A stretch of 64,000 bases of DNA from assembly GCA_963796105.1 (NCBI GenBank), contig CAWCKJ010000004.1, forward strand, positions 800,001-864,000. Direction: 5' to 3'. Positions 20,568 to 29,923 of the stretch are shown here, piece after piece; positions within the stretch are counted from its first letter, which is position 1, and each line of letters starts with the position of its first letter. Made by a program: the position numbers and the translations under genes. Under the pieces are notes generated by a model, which saw only the letters and a program-made list of their open reading frames with translations, was not told the DNA's origin and did not search any database. The stretch comes from a candidate division FCPU426 bacterium (GTDB lineage Bacteria > Oederibacteriota > Muellerivitia > Muellerivitales > Muellerivitaceae).

Positions 20568-22558
20568 TTCGCTTCTCCTTTATTCCCGGCTTTCGCGAGA
20601 ACCTCGTTGATTTTTTGCTGGAGGCCCGCGTTGCCCGGCTGGATTTTATCGGCCGATTGGTACATCTTGAGCGAATCCCAAAAATTTCCCTGCTCCTCGT
20701 AGAGGTTCCCCAATCTCAGGTAAAAAACAGCCTCATTCGGGGAAATCATGAGCCCCTTCTTGTACCAAACGAGGGCCTCCTTGATGTTTTTGCGCTTATG
20801 GTAATAGGAACCCAGGCTGTCCAGGTATTCCGGGTTGAAGGGGTCCAGCGAACAGGCTGTCTTCAAAGCTTCTTCCGATTCCTTGAATCTTTTCAAGTTC
20901 CAATAAGTGACTCCCAGGTCGCTGTAAGCTTTGGAATAACTTGGGTTGGTATTGAGCAAAACCTGAAGCGCCCGCAGGGCCTCCTGGTGCTTTCCCTGGG
21001 CCTCCAAGGAATACCAGAGGCGGTGGTAAAGATCGGACGGGACATTCCCGTTGTAAAGCGAGATAGCCTGCTGGAACTCCATCACGGCCTCTTTGTGACT
21101 GTGAAGATTCGAGAGGATCGTTCCCTTCTCGTCGTGGTAAAGGGGGTCCGGCGGGGGAATCGCGAGGGCCCGGTCGTATTCCATCAGGGCGTCCGCCACC
21201 CGGCCGGCTTTCGCGTAAGTCCTGGCGAGATCCGCGTGAACCAAGGCGACATCGGGGTTCACCCTGGCCACATCCCGCCAAAGGTTGATGGAATTCTCCC
21301 AGACCCCCATCTGCCGGAGGGTTCCCGCTCCAAGCGCTCCCGCTAGTAACAGGGAAAGAAACATAAGTTGATCCGGTTTTTTCGAGAAAAGATAAGCCAG
21401 GAAGCCTGAAACCAGGATGAACAACCCCAGGCTGGGCAGATAAGTATATCGGTCCGCGGCGGCCTGCATTCCCGCCTGGACAAGGCCCAGGACCGGGATT
21501 TCCGTGAGGATGTAATAGACCCAGGCCGCGGCCAGGTAGGGTTTCTCCTTTCGGAGCGCAAAACAAACCGCCGAGATTCCCAGGATCAATAAAGCCGACA
21601 GGAGGTTGGCCAGCGAGAAGGGGTCCTGATTCTCGCTAATCGGATAAAAGGGTGTCAGGTGCCAGGGAACGGCCATCTTGACGAGGTAAAAACTCAGCGA
21701 GTGGAAGGAGTTCATGATCCGGTCGACGGGTGAGAATTTTTGAAGGTTGATCAGGGCGGAGGATTGGTATTGGGCCAGGATCGTCAAGGCGACCAAGGCG
21801 GCGCCGGCCGCCAGGAAAAGGATTTTTTCCCTCAATAATCTGGCAAGGCCCAGCCGGTACCGGCCCAAGGGCCAGGCGTCCAGGATCAAGAGCACCAGCG
21901 GAAGCGACATGGCCATGGGCTTGGACATCAAGGCCAGCAGGAACAAACAAAAACTGGCCCTTAATTTCCAGGGCTTGGATTCCTTCCGGGAGGCGTAATC
22001 CAGGTAAACCAGCAGGCTGGCCAGGTAGAAAAAAGCGCACAAGACATCTTTTCGTTCCGAGGCCCAAGCGACGGATTCCACGTGGATGGGATGGAGCCCG
22101 AACAGAAGGGATGCCAGGACCGCTCCCGCGCTTTCGTAGAAGCGGCCTTTCGCGTCAGAAGGAGCAGGTCCCCCCGTCAATACGGGTTGGATCAGACGCA
22201 AACTCAAGAAAAAAACCAGGATAGTGTTCAGGCAATGAAGGAGGACGTTGTGTAGGTGATAGACCCAGGGGTTCAACCCGGCCCATTTGTAATCCAGGGC
22301 CAGGGACATCCAGGTCAGGGGGATCCAGTTGCCCGTGTAAAAAGTGGTCCACATCCATTGGAGGTTGGAAAGCTGAAAGGAGCGGATATGGGGATTGTCG
22401 GTGATGTAAACCGGGTCGTCCCAGAGCACCAACTCATGGCGCAGGACGGGGAGGTAAAAAAACAAGACGATAAAGGCTGGCAGGAGGGAAAGGAACCAGT
22501 AAAGGCTTCCCGCGAACTCCGCTCCCCCCTGGGGCATTGAATTTTTTTCGCTCGGCAT
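20564..22558 (-). CDS. TMTC-like GT-C membrane protein with C-terminal TPRs
   Basis: WDDPVYITDNP, HPIHVESVAWASERKDVL and ADRYTYLP motifs, followed by TPRs. Start uncertain. Confidence 0.85.
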   Translation of the reverse strand: MPSEKNSMPQGGAEFAGSLYWFLSLLPAFIVLFFYLPVLRHELVLWDDPVYITDNPHIRSFQLSNLQWMWTTFYTGNWIPLTWMSLALDYKWAGLNPWVYHLHNVLLHCLNTILVFFLSLRLIQPVLTGGPAPSDAKGRFYESAGAVLASLLFGLHPIHVESVAWASERKDVLCAFFYLASLLVYLDYASRKESKPWKLRASFCLFLLALMSKPMAMSLPLVLLILDAWPLGRYRLGLARLLREKILFLAAGAALVALTILAQYQSSALINLQKFSPVDRIMNSFHSLSFYLVKMAVPWHLTPFYPISENQDPFSLANLLSALLILGISAVCFALRKEKPYLAAAWVYYILTEIPVLGLVQAGMQAAADRYTYLPSLGLFILVSGFLAYLFSKKPDQLMFLSLLLAGALGAGTLRQMGVWENSINLWRDVARVNPDVALVHADLARTYAKAGRVADALMEYDRALAIPPPDPLYHDEKGTILSNLHSHKEAVMEFQQAISLYNGNVPSDLYHRLWYSLEAQGKHQEALRALQVLLNTNPSYSKAYSDLGVTYWNLKRFKESEEALKTACSLDPFNPEYLDSLGSYYHKRKNIKEALVWYKKGLMISPNEAVFYLRLGNLYEEQGNFWDSLKMYQSADKIQPGNAGLQQKINEVLAKAGNKGEAK

Positions 22559-22730
22559 GGTCTTCTCCCGGAAAAAGCGCATTCTAACAAATCCCCCGCC
22601 CTTGGGCAAAAAGAGGGAAATGCGCGTGACGGGGCTGAAAAAAACACCTTTTTCAGCCCTTCCCTCCATTTGAGGTATGAAAAAAAGCCGTGCCCCCTGC
22701 TAGAATGGGCGCCGAATTCAAGGAGAACTT

Positions 22731-23831
22731 ATGGCCTCGCAGTTCAAAATCTCAAGGCAGAACATTTTCGTTATCGCCTTTTTCGTCCTGCTCATTGGGC
22801 TTCTCAGCCTATTGCTGACCATTTTACACCCCTTCCTCCGGGCGTTTGTCTGGGCCACCATCCTGGTTATGGTCTTTTACCCGCTCTACTCCCGCGTCCT
22901 CTCCTGGACCGGCGACCGCCGGAACCTGGCTTCCCTGCTGATCACGATCCTGGTTCTCGCTTTTTTCGCCGGGCCGGGTACCTTCGTGGTGGTCAACATG
23001 GGAAGGGAGCTTCCCCGCGCCTACGCCTTCCTTTCCTCCTCCCAATGGGACGATAAAAGCCAGTGGCTCCTGGACAAATTGAAGTCCGTTCACGTGGACT
23101 CCTGGCTTCAAAACTGGGGGGTGGACCCCAGCCAGACGGAAGGGGTCCTGCGCAAGGAATTGCTCGGTGTCTTGCAGGGTCTCTCCCAAATGGTCCTGGA
23201 CAAGGTCTCATATTTCTTCAAGAACCTGGCCGGCGTGATCCTGGAGGTCTTGTTCGCCGCGGTGGCTTTATTCTTCTTTTTCCGCGACGGGGCGCGCCTG
23301 GCCCTCAGGGCCATTGAGACACTTCCCCTGGAAAAGAAGCACCGGGAAAAGGTCGTTCACACCTTTTCCGTGACGGTCACGGCGGTAGTCAGGGCCATCT
23401 TCCTCACAGCCCTCCTGCAGGGGTTCTTAGCCTGCATGGGTTTTCTTTTTACCGGCGCCCCCGTGCCCATTCTTCTGGGGCTGGTCGCCTTCGTGAACTC
23501 CTTCATTCCTTTCCTGGGAGCCGCCTCGGTGTGGATTCCCGTTTGTATCTGGTTTTTCTACCAGGGACAGACAGCCACTGCGGTGGGCCTGGCCTGCTGG
23601 GGAATCGTCATCACCATCGTGGACCACATCATGAGGCCCTGGCTGATCGGCAACGAGGCCAAGCTTCCTATTTTCTGGTTGTTCTTTACCACCATCGGCG
23701 GCTTGCAGGTTTACGGTTTACTGGGGATTTTCCTGGGACCCATCATCCTTTCCCTCGTCATGGCCTTTCTGGCCATCTACCGGGAGGTTTACCTGCACCT
23801 CAAGACGCCCGCCAAAGCCCCCAAGTCTTAA
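22731..23831 (+). CDS. AI-2E family transporter
   Basis: FFFFRDG, IPFLGAASVWIP and GIFLGPIILS motifs. Confidence 0.9.
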   Translation: MASQFKISRQNIFVIAFFVLLIGLLSLLLTILHPFLRAFVWATILVMVFYPLYSRVLSWTGDRRNLASLLITILVLAFFAGPGTFVVVNMGRELPRAYAFLSSSQWDDKSQWLLDKLKSVHVDSWLQNWGVDPSQTEGVLRKELLGVLQGLSQMVLDKVSYFFKNLAGVILEVLFAAVALFFFFRDGARLALRAIETLPLEKKHREKVVHTFSVTVTAVVRAIFLTALLQGFLACMGFLFTGAPVPILLGLVAFVNSFIPFLGAASVWIPVCIWFFYQGQTATAVGLACWGIVITIVDHIMRPWLIGNEAKLPIFWLFFTTIGGLQVYGLLGIFLGPIILSLVMAFLAIYREVYLHLKTPAKAPKS

Positions 23832-23911
23832 TATTCCCCGGCCTTATTGCTTTCCTCCGGGGAGGGCTGACAATATTCATGGATCGTCAAGAAAGTTAGA
23901 GGAGGGAATGT

Positions 23912-25060
23912 ATGCGTTACAGATCACTTGGCAGTACCGGATTTAAGGTAAGCGAAATCGGCTTCGGGGCTTGGGCTATCGGAGGCGCCTGGTGGGGCCC
24001 CCAGGACGATGAGGACTCCAGGCTGGCCCTTCACAAGGCCCTCGACATGGGCTGCAACTTCATCGACACCGCGGCGGTTTACGGCGACGGCCACAGTGAG
24101 AGACTTATCGGGGGCGTCCTCAAGGAACGGGGGGAACACCCGGTCGTGGCCACCAAGGTTCCCCCCAAGAACTGGCAGTGGGACAACAAGCCAGGAACCT
24201 CCCTGGAGCAGGCCTTTCCCCCTGATTGGGTCTGCGCCTCCGTGGAGAAATCCCTGGGGAACCTTGGACTCGACTGCCTGGACGTTTTACAACTGCATAC
24301 CTGGATGGGGGAATGGAATTCCCAAGCGGAACCTCTTCTTGAGGGGATCGCCAAGCTTAAAAAAGAAGGCAAGATCCGGGCTTTCGGGATCTCCCTGAGG
24401 GATAAGGGGCCGGAGGAAGCCAATGACCTCATCCGCTGGAGGCAGGTGGATACTCTCCAGGTCTTTTTCAACCTTCTCTACCAGGACCCCCTCTGGAAGC
24501 TTTTTCCCCTGGCCAAACAATACGGGACGGGAATCATAGCCCGTGTGCCCATGGCTTTCGGGGCCTTGACTGGAAAATTCACCGCCCACACGCGTTTCGT
24601 GGGGGATGACCACCGCCGCAACCTTTACATGGGCGAAAACCTGAAAACCACTTTATTGAAGTTGGATAAATTGAAATTCCTCAAAAACGCCTCCCGCCCC
24701 TTGGCGGAAGCGGCCTTGAAGTGGACTTTAGCCTATCCAGAGGTTTCCACCTCCATCCCGGGAATCCGCAACCTCCGGCAGGCCGATTTGAATTGCGCCG
24801 CGGGGGTCGGCCCGGTTTTGAAAAACGCCGAGGTGAAAAAAGCGGAGAAGCTATATCTAAAAAATTTCGGACTACCGGTAAAAAAAGTTTCCTCCCTGGA
24901 TGGAATCCACGCGGTGCTTCTTTCTGGGTTTAAGCTGGATTCCCCAAAAGCGCCCAAAGGGAAGGCGAGTCGACCGCCCCGAAAGAAAACAGCGGGCAAA
25001 AAAGTCAAAAAACACGTGAGGAAAAAGAAATCCCGCCCAGCGAAGAAAAATAAAAAATGA
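23912..25060 (+). CDS. Aldo/keto reductase with a Lys-rich C-terminal tail
   Basis: VSEIGFGAW, DTAAVYGDGHSE, VATK, IPG motifs. Confidence 0.92.
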   Translation: MRYRSLGSTGFKVSEIGFGAWAIGGAWWGPQDDEDSRLALHKALDMGCNFIDTAAVYGDGHSERLIGGVLKERGEHPVVATKVPPKNWQWDNKPGTSLEQAFPPDWVCASVEKSLGNLGLDCLDVLQLHTWMGEWNSQAEPLLEGIAKLKKEGKIRAFGISLRDKGPEEANDLIRWRQVDTLQVFFNLLYQDPLWKLFPLAKQYGTGIIARVPMAFGALTGKFTAHTRFVGDDHRRNLYMGENLKTTLLKLDKLKFLKNASRPLAEAALKWTLAYPEVSTSIPGIRNLRQADLNCAAGVGPVLKNAEVKKAEKLYLKNFGLPVKKVSSLDGIHAVLLSGFKLDSPKAPKGKASRPPRKKTAGKKVKKHVRKKKSRPAKKNKK

Positions 25061-25620
25061 TCAAGCCCTGGAAAAAACTGGAAGAGAAGACGGCTTATGA
25101 CTGCGGATTTTTCAAAATCCTCACCCAGCAAAGCGCCTCCCCCACCACCGGGAAAACACATCCTTTTTACGTGTTATCCACCCGCTCCTGGACCAATGTC
25201 GTGGCCATTACGGAGGACAATAAAGTGGTGCTCGTCTCCCAGTTCCGCCATGGAACCAGGGAGATCAGCCTGGAAATACCGGGTGGAGCCTTGGACCCGG
25301 GAGACAAGATGCCGGAACAGGCCGCCCGGAGGGAGCTTTTGGAGGAAACAGGCCACGAGGCGCCCGAATGGCACCTGTTGGGCGTGGTCCGGCCCAACCC
25401 GGCTATTTTGGACAACACCTGCCACTTTTTCCTGGCCCTGGGGGCCAAGCAAACTTCCGCCCTTAAATTGGATGAGGCCGAGGAGCTGGAAGTGCGGAAG
25501 GTGGACCTGAAGGAGATTCCAGAAATGATCCGGGACGGCAGGATCCAGCATGCCTTGGTGGTGGCGGCCTTTCATTACCTGGATCTTTATCGCCAAGAAA
25601 ATCCCGGCAAATTTAAATGA
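25057..25620 (+). CDS. NUDIX hydrolase (ADP-ribose pyrophosphatase-like)
   Basis: Nudix box GGALDPG...AARRELLEETG. Confidence 0.92.
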   Translation: MIKPWKKLEEKTAYDCGFFKILTQQSASPTTGKTHPFYVLSTRSWTNVVAITEDNKVVLVSQFRHGTREISLEIPGGALDPGDKMPEQAARRELLEETGHEAPEWHLLGVVRPNPAILDNTCHFFLALGAKQTSALKLDEAEELEVRKVDLKEIPEMIRDGRIQHALVVAAFHYLDLYRQENPGKFK

Positions 25621-25786
25621 TTCGGCCTTCCTTTCATTTGGAAACTACCTTGTTTTCCTCAATATATTTGTCCCCTGCCGTTTAAAAATATCTATTTCCC
25701 CCCTTGATGTCGATTTTGAAGATGTGTAGTTTAATCTTAAATCTGGGTAAACCTATCGGTCGCCCCTAATATGAAAGAGGTAAAAA

Positions 25787-26377
25787 ATGGAACGTGTATG
25801 TGTCTTTATCGACGGCAGCAATCTTTATTTCGCCTTGAAGCGGAACAACAAAATGACCAGGGTGGACTATTTCCAGTTCGCCTCGGCCCTCACGGGTGAA
25901 AAGCGGAATCTCATCCGCACCTACTATTACAACGCCGTGTTCGACAGCACCCATTTCTCCGACAAGGCCAAGAGCCAGCAGTCCTTCTTCGATTCCCTGG
26001 ACCGGACCCCTTACTTGGAACTGCGCCTGGGCCGGATCATCCAGAACCGCGAGGGACACCGCATGGAAAAAGGAGTGGACGTCCGCATGGCGGCCGACAT
26101 GGTGTTTTACGCCGCGCGCGACTTCTTCGACACGGCCATCGTGGTGACCGAGGACCAGGACTTCTCCCCCGCCATGGGACTGGTGAAGGAGCTGGGCAAG
26201 CACGTGGAATTGGCCATCTTCCCCGACGCCCAGAGCCGGGAAATGATAAGAATCGCGGACCGCATCGTCGGCTTGGACGAGATCGTCAACAGCCACGCGT
26301 CCCAGATCTTCCCGCCGCAGCCAGAGGAGCGCACGGCCCCAGCCGCCACGGAAGAGGAAATGGCATACGGGGTCTAA
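25787..26377 (+). CDS. NYN domain (LabA/DUF88) protein
   Basis: VFIDGSNL, EKGVDV, DQDFSP motifs. Confidence 0.92.
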   Translation: MERVCVFIDGSNLYFALKRNNKMTRVDYFQFASALTGEKRNLIRTYYYNAVFDSTHFSDKAKSQQSFFDSLDRTPYLELRLGRIIQNREGHRMEKGVDVRMAADMVFYAARDFFDTAIVVTEDQDFSPAMGLVKELGKHVELAIFPDAQSREMIRIADRIVGLDEIVNSHASQIFPPQPEERTAPAATEEEMAYGV

Positions 26378-26406
26378 AACAACCGTTCATTAAAAACTTT
26401 TAAAAG

Positions 26407-26441
26407 AAAACCCTATTTACCCAATGGTAAATGGGGGTTTT
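26407..26441. terminator. Bidirectional terminator
   Basis: aaaaccctatttacc-caat-ggtaaatgggggtttt between convergent genes. Confidence 0.7.
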
Positions 26442-27706
26442 TATTTGTGAGAAAGACCAACCACTTTCAACAAAACTACCCCGTGGGAGGGGACGAAAGC
26501 CCTATAGTCTCCCTCAAAAGTTCCCATATCCTTGTGCTGCCAAAGATCGCGGACTTTCGCCATGCTTCCAGCGACTCCGATATCCCTCCAATTGGCCGTA
26601 ATGGTGTCGTCCTTGTCAGACCGGTTGAAAAGCGCCACCGCGCGCGCGTTGATCCCATCCAGCACCTTGGAATAAACGCATAATCCTTTTCCATCGTCCC
26701 GCATTTTGACGCACTGCCTTCCGAAAAGATCCTGGTCTACCGCGATGACTTCCTTGTTGAGAAGGATTTCCCTGATCTTCTCCGGCATCTTGCGCACGTC
26801 ATTGCCGGCGATGAGGGGCGCCGCCATCATGGCCCACATGCTGAAATGGGAACAGGTTTCCTCATTCGTTAAACCCTTGTTTCCCACCAAAGCCGAACAG
26901 CCCAAACACGCGGGATTATGCTGAAAATCCGGGACGTTGTAACAACCCACCACCAGCATATCCGGGTCGTTCCATTTTCCAGGTTCCGCGATGGAAGCCG
27001 ACCTCTCGTTTTGGTCGATGATATCCACGATCCTGTCCCAGCGATCGCTGATGTCGCCCGACGTGCGCCACAGGTTTCCCAGCTCCGGCATCCAATCCTT
27101 GAACCCCCAGGCGCAGATGCTGAACACGATGGGGCGCCCTGTGGCCGCGAGGGCGTCCCGCATGCGCCGGTAATCCCCTTCCTGGGAAGTCAACAAAGCT
27201 GGGTTGCAGTTGTCGTATTTCACATAATCCACGCCCCATGCGGCGAAATCATTGGCATCTGTTGTTTCATTCTCATAGGAACCAGGACTCTTCTTCATGC
27301 AGGTCATGGTGCCGCGATCCGAATAAATCCCGAATTTAAAACCCCGTGCGTGGAGATAATCGGCTACAGCCTTGAAACCACCTGAGAATTTGACGGAATC
27401 AGGCTGAAGATGCCCATTGAGCCGATGGGGGAGGGCCCATCCATCATCAATGTTAATGTACTGGTATCCCGCGTCCCTCATGCCGTTGGTGACCATGGCG
27501 TCGGCGACCTGCCGAAGCAGGGAATCGCTCACCCCACCCATGAAGGTATTCCAAGAATTCCATCCCATGGGAGGGGTTCGTGCAAGGCCATTGGAGGGAT
27601 TTACCGGCGCGGATGGATTCGAGCAACTTTGAAGAATGAACCCCAGCCCGAGAACCAATAAGAAGAACAAAGTTCTCGTAAACGCCTCCATGTCGCGGAC
27701 AACCAT
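26441..27706 (-). CDS. GH27 alpha-galactosidase, lipoprotein
   Basis: NGLARTPPMGWNSWN, IDDGW, VKYDNC, WRTSGDI, WNDPDML; lipobox LQSC. Confidence 0.93.
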   Translation of the reverse strand: MVVRDMEAFTRTLFFLLVLGLGFILQSCSNPSAPVNPSNGLARTPPMGWNSWNTFMGGVSDSLLRQVADAMVTNGMRDAGYQYINIDDGWALPHRLNGHLQPDSVKFSGGFKAVADYLHARGFKFGIYSDRGTMTCMKKSPGSYENETTDANDFAAWGVDYVKYDNCNPALLTSQEGDYRRMRDALAATGRPIVFSICAWGFKDWMPELGNLWRTSGDISDRWDRIVDIIDQNERSASIAEPGKWNDPDMLVVGCYNVPDFQHNPACLGCSALVGNKGLTNEETCSHFSMWAMMAAPLIAGNDVRKMPEKIREILLNKEVIAVDQDLFGRQCVKMRDDGKGLCVYSKVLDGINARAVALFNRSDKDDTITANWRDIGVAGSMAKVRDLWQHKDMGTFEGDYRAFVPSHGVVLLKVVGLSHK

Positions 27707-27973
27707 TTCTCAACTTAAGTTTCATTTGACCAGAAATTGAATGCATGGATATGCAAAACAATAATATAAAAATATTAAATTTTTATTTCCCTTATTTTTT
27801 ATTTTTAAATTGTGTTTCAAAATATTTTTCATCTATAAGGGCCCCCAAATCCAGCTGCTATTGCACTAGCGGTGGCACCAGACGTTATTTGATCAAATGT
27901 TGAACCCCCGCTGCCACCAATAACGCAATTATTACTCGGTGATGAACTATCGCCTTGAGATGAACCATAATAT

Positions 27974-28010
27974 GTTGCACACCATCCTTTTTGCGACAGC
28001 CATGTGCAGG
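27974..28010. repeat. 37-bp exact direct repeat, copy 1
   Basis: gttgcacaccatcctttttgcgacagccatgtgcagg, identical to 29867-29903. Confidence 0.95.
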
Positions 28011-28037
28011 GGAACCAGCTTGGCTTCCCGCTCTTGG

Positions 28038-28664
28038 TTACAGCCCCACCCACACTCCCGCGGTGATAGGCACATCGTTGTAAGAACCGCTCTGGGGCAT
28101 GATGAAGTTGTACTTGGCTTCCAGGTAAAAGTGGCTTTGTCCGCCCAGGTCGGCCTGGATGCCCAGCCCGCCCAAGGCGTCAAAGTTGGCGGTATTGTCA
28201 CCCGAGGGGTAAATGGATTGGAAAACCGTCCCAGCCCCCGCCACGATGTAAGGCTGCAGGCCCTTGCCCCCGAAGGTGTATTTGAGTTCCAACAAGGCCC
28301 GCAGGTTGTTCAGGGCGTTTGCCCCGCCCATGAAATACCATTGTTCCACGTCCAACTGCGCGGCCCAGTCCTTGCCCAGCCGGTAACCCAGGAAGGCTTG
28401 TGCTCCACCGCCCGCTTGAAAATCCGTATCCCAGTTGGAACCAGGCAGGTCCACGCCGGTGCCGAACCCCAAATACCAGTCGCTGGGTGAAGGGGCCGTG
28501 TCCGCGGCCGGGGTGGCGCTATCCGACGCTATGGCCGTCGCCTCAGACGCGGGGGCGGCCTTTTTCGCCCAGGCCCCGGGAGTGAAAGATAAGGCCAGGG
28601 CCATGGTGAGGATCAAAGCAAGAAATGGGGTCTTATGCCCAACCACTTCAGGTAAATGTCTCAT
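28038..28664 (-). CDS. Outer-membrane beta-barrel protein (OmpA/OmpW-like)
   Basis: AGGAG RBS; signal peptide (AWA); alternating beta strands, QPYIVAGAG, YLEAKY. Confidence 0.8.
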   Translation of the reverse strand: MRHLPEVVGHKTPFLALILTMALALSFTPGAWAKKAAPASEATAIASDSATPAADTAPSPSDWYLGFGTGVDLPGSNWDTDFQAGGGAQAFLGYRLGKDWAAQLDVEQWYFMGGANALNNLRALLELKYTFGGKGLQPYIVAGAGTVFQSIYPSGDNTANFDALGGLGIQADLGGQSHFYLEAKYNFIMPQSGSYNDVPITAGVWVGL

Positions 28665-28738
28665 CCAGTTGCTCCTTTTATAATGGGTCCCGCCTATCAA
28701 AAAAGGGGTAGTTACTTTGACCGTTGTTGTTTTAATGA

Positions 28739-29749
28739 TCACCAGGATGTCGCCGCCACCGCGCCGCCAGAAGGAACCGCCACAAACTCCCCATTCCCGT
28801 AGGTCACTGAGTACCAACCCTGCGAACTGGGGAGGATGCGGGCAGTCCAATCGATCCCGTTCGGCGATGTCGCCGCCACCGCGCTACCCCAAACAACCGC
28901 CGCGAACACCCCATTCCCGTAGGTCACTGACCACCAGTCCTGTGTACTGGGGAGGGTTTGGGCCGTCCATGTGATCCCGTCCGGTGATGTCGCCGCCACC
29001 GTACTTTCAGTAACCGCCACGAACACCCCATTCCCATAGGTCACTGAGTCCCATAACTGTGCACTGGGGAGGATGCGTTGCGTCCATGTGATCCCGTCCG
29101 GCGATGTCGCCGCCACCGCGCTATTAAAAGCAACCGCCACAAAAACCCCGTTCCCGTAGGTCACTGAAAACCAGGACTGTGAACTGGAGAGGGCGCGTTG
29201 CGTCCATGTGATACCGTCCAACGATGTCGCCGCAACCGCGCTATTATAAGCAACCGCCACAAACACCCCATTCGTGCCGTAGGTCACTGTAAACCAGTTC
29301 TGTGAACTGGGAAAGGTGCGGGCCGTCCATGTGATCCCGTCCGGCGAGGTCGCCGCCACCGAGCTATTATAAGCAACCGCCACAAAAACCCCGTTCCCGT
29401 AGGTCACTGACTGCCAGCCCTGTGTACTGGGAAGGGTGCGGGGCGTCCAGGTGATCCCGTCCGGCGAGGTCGCCGCCACCGAGCTATTATAAACAACCGC
29501 CACAAAAACCCCGTTCCCGTAGGCCACTGAGTACCATAACTGTGAACTGGGGAGGTTGCGGGCCGTCCAGGTCATTCCTGGTATTGGGGTTGGGGTGCCG
29601 ATAACCGTGGGCACGACTTCGACCACCGTCACCGGCCCCGGAGCCGCCGAGGGGCTCAGGGCTTTGCCGCAGGAAATAAAAAGTACCGGGCTCAGGATGA
29701 AAACGAACGCCGCGCCGATAAACCAAGCCGAATTTTTCTTTAACAACAT
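28739..29749 (-). CDS. Lipoprotein with seven ~40-aa repeats (probable 7-bladed beta-propeller)
   Basis: GGAGG RBS; lipobox FISC; seven copies of TWTxRxLPSxQxWxSVTYGNGVFVAV...AATSPDGI. Confidence 0.85.
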   Translation of the reverse strand: MLLKKNSAWFIGAAFVFILSPVLFISCGKALSPSAAPGPVTVVEVVPTVIGTPTPIPGMTWTARNLPSSQLWYSVAYGNGVFVAVVYNSSVAATSPDGITWTPRTLPSTQGWQSVTYGNGVFVAVAYNSSVAATSPDGITWTARTFPSSQNWFTVTYGTNGVFVAVAYNSAVAATSLDGITWTQRALSSSQSWFSVTYGNGVFVAVAFNSAVAATSPDGITWTQRILPSAQLWDSVTYGNGVFVAVTESTVAATSPDGITWTAQTLPSTQDWWSVTYGNGVFAAVVWGSAVAATSPNGIDWTARILPSSQGWYSVTYGNGEFVAVPSGGAVAATSW

Positions 29750-29866
29750 AAACCGCCTCCCCGCCCGCTTTATTAGATTGTGAAAAAGATTATTCCCGGC
29801 AAAATCCACGAAGCCAGCATTATACTTATGTAAAGAGTAATAAAATATTTAAGTCTTTGTAAATTG

Positions 29867-29903
29867 GTTGCACACCATCCTTTTTGCGACAGCCATGTGC
29901 AGG
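29867..29903. repeat. 37-bp exact direct repeat, copy 2
   Basis: Identical to 27974-28010. Confidence 0.95.
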
Positions 29904-29923
29904 TAAATGCAACAAAAAAATTA

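Noticed and set aside
29808..29838. dif/Xer-like site (TTATGTAAA arm)
   Set aside because: The other arm does not match, and the position near oriC argues against chromosomal dif.
27974..29903. 37-bp repeats starting GTTGCAC as CRISPR repeats or attC sites
   Set aside because: Only two copies, 1.9 kb apart; no attC RYYYAAC/GTTRRRY architecture and no integron integrase.
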